This document shows positions 62,810 through 64,000 of a DNA stretch of 64,000 nucleotides, in pieces; the stretch's first letter is position 1, and every line of letters starts with the position of its first letter. The notes under the pieces are model-generated. The model ran no database searches. It worked only from the letters and a program-made list of their open reading frames with translations, and was not told the origin of the DNA. The stretch lies in assembly GCA_965202585.1 (NCBI GenBank), contig OZ241827.1:45198001-45262000 (forward strand), given 5' to 3'. The DNA comes from Thalia democratica. Its lineage: Eukaryota. The position numbers and the translations under genes were made by a program.

Positions 62810-64000
62810 TTACGAAACCATAGTATAACGAAACCTACCAAACGGAGTGATAAATGTTGTGAGATGCCTATCACTTTCTCTCAAAGGAACACCATGATAC
62901 CCGTTCCAAGCATCTGTTACAGTCTTGAATGTTCCTGTTGGAATTCTGCGTGCCAACTTAAACGGAGTTTCTGAAGCATATGTCTCTCTCTTGCAATGTT
63001 TGTTAAGAGGTGAGAGATCAACAATTCTTCTAGGTGACCCATCTTGTTTCCTTGTGACAACCTTACAATGACACCAGATTACAGGTTCACTAAATGAAAC
63101 ACATTCCAAAACACCTAACTTCTCATCCCTGATGAGATCCGCTTCAACCTGCTTTTTCCAACGAATTGGTACGTGTGCTGGAGTATGAAAAGCACGAGGT
63201 TTAGCATTATATTCCAAATGAGTTTCAAGTGGGGGCCCACTCATTTGATTAAGTGGTTTATGTGTACATGTATTAAATGTAGATGCTGCATATCTTTGTA
63301 GAACCCACTCACGCATCTTACTCAAATTTTCACTTGTAGCCTTTTTCATTCAAATTTGCAACAACTTTAGAATGCTGATGAGGCAGCTGATAACCAATAG
63401 TGGGAGAATCTCTATTTATAATTCGAAGTTCAACCATTGATTCATACTAGAGAAAAAAACCCAGTCACTGAGTCACTGACATAAATAATACTATTGCAGC
63501 TAAATACCTCATTTTTTGAAGGCATTCCACTAACAGTAGCTCTGAAAGCGCCTAAAATATTTATTGGAATTTTGTTAGCAGCCCGAATTATGACTGATAC
63601 AGGAAATAAGTTATTCTTACCAAAACCAGCATCTTGAAAGTTTTTCCATCCCCAAAGATTTGACTATGGACCAGTATCAGCTAAAGCACTTACCATAACA
63701 AACTTATTTGTGCCTATTTAGTGATTTTAATTGATGCGCGTGGATGGTCTAATGTCTTGGCTCTACGCAAATTTCTCTTGTAATAAATAATGTTGTTCAA
63801 CATAGTTCGTTTATTAGCGTGTAATGACATTACTTGTGTATTCTGTTGCATTCTGTATCATTGTAATATGTATCACTGTATCTGTGTATTCTGTTGCAGG
63901 AACTATCATCATAGGTTTGAACAGCATTAACCTTCTTTGGCTGGCTGCGCCAACAAGAAAACAATATCTGAATGGTTTTACATTCTGAGTTCCTTTCCCT
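62810..64000 (-). mobile_element. Decayed Ty3/Gypsy LTR retrotransposon pol fragment (protease plus N-terminal RT) in a PPP1R16 intron
   Basis: VSALADTG protease motif near 63660-63690; RT blocks VVTRKQDGSPRRIVDLSPLNK, TDAWNGYHGVPL, TTFITPFGRFRY; truncated before the YxDD motif. Confidence 0.9.

Noticed and set aside
63375-63400. Second hammerhead candidate (CTGATGA)
   Set aside because: No stem II followed by GAAA; it lies in Gypsy pol sequence.
1-64000. tRNA, rRNA, CRISPR arrays, operon-like prokaryotic systems
   Set aside because: No cloverleaf, rRNA-like tract or regularly spaced repeat-spacer array seen; the sequence is eukaryotic.

Overview
Very AT-rich animal genomic DNA with GT-AG introns and many transposons. 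The gene and transposon content fits a cnidarian such as Hydra, but this is unverified. Genes in order: (1) 3' part of a long coiled-coil protein gene (+, to 7496); (2) a 13-exon secreted angiopoietin/ficolin-type fibrinogen-domain gene (+, 12261-17827); (3) an NLR-like gene (-, 30003-20239) with an HEPN_DZIP3-like N-terminus, a degenerate NACHT domain and LRRs; (4) head-to-head with it, a 15-exon GH31 gene (+, 31981-41213) that aligns end to end with bacterial sulfoquinovosidase YihQ, keeps the Q-R-W-Y sulfonate-binding residues and has a signal peptide; (5) a transposon-dense block (42.6-55.4 kb) with several hAT elements, a Tc1/mariner MITE, a Penelope-like fragment carrying a minimal hammerhead ribozyme, and an intronless basic orphan ORF; (6) an unidentified spliced gene (-, about 56.3-56.9 kb); (7) the 5' part of a PPP1R16A/B-like gene (+, from 60739) with a decayed Ty3/Gypsy element in an intron. 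No rRNA, tRNA or CRISPR array was seen. Exon structures and protein comparisons were made by eye against remembered family motifs; no database search was run.
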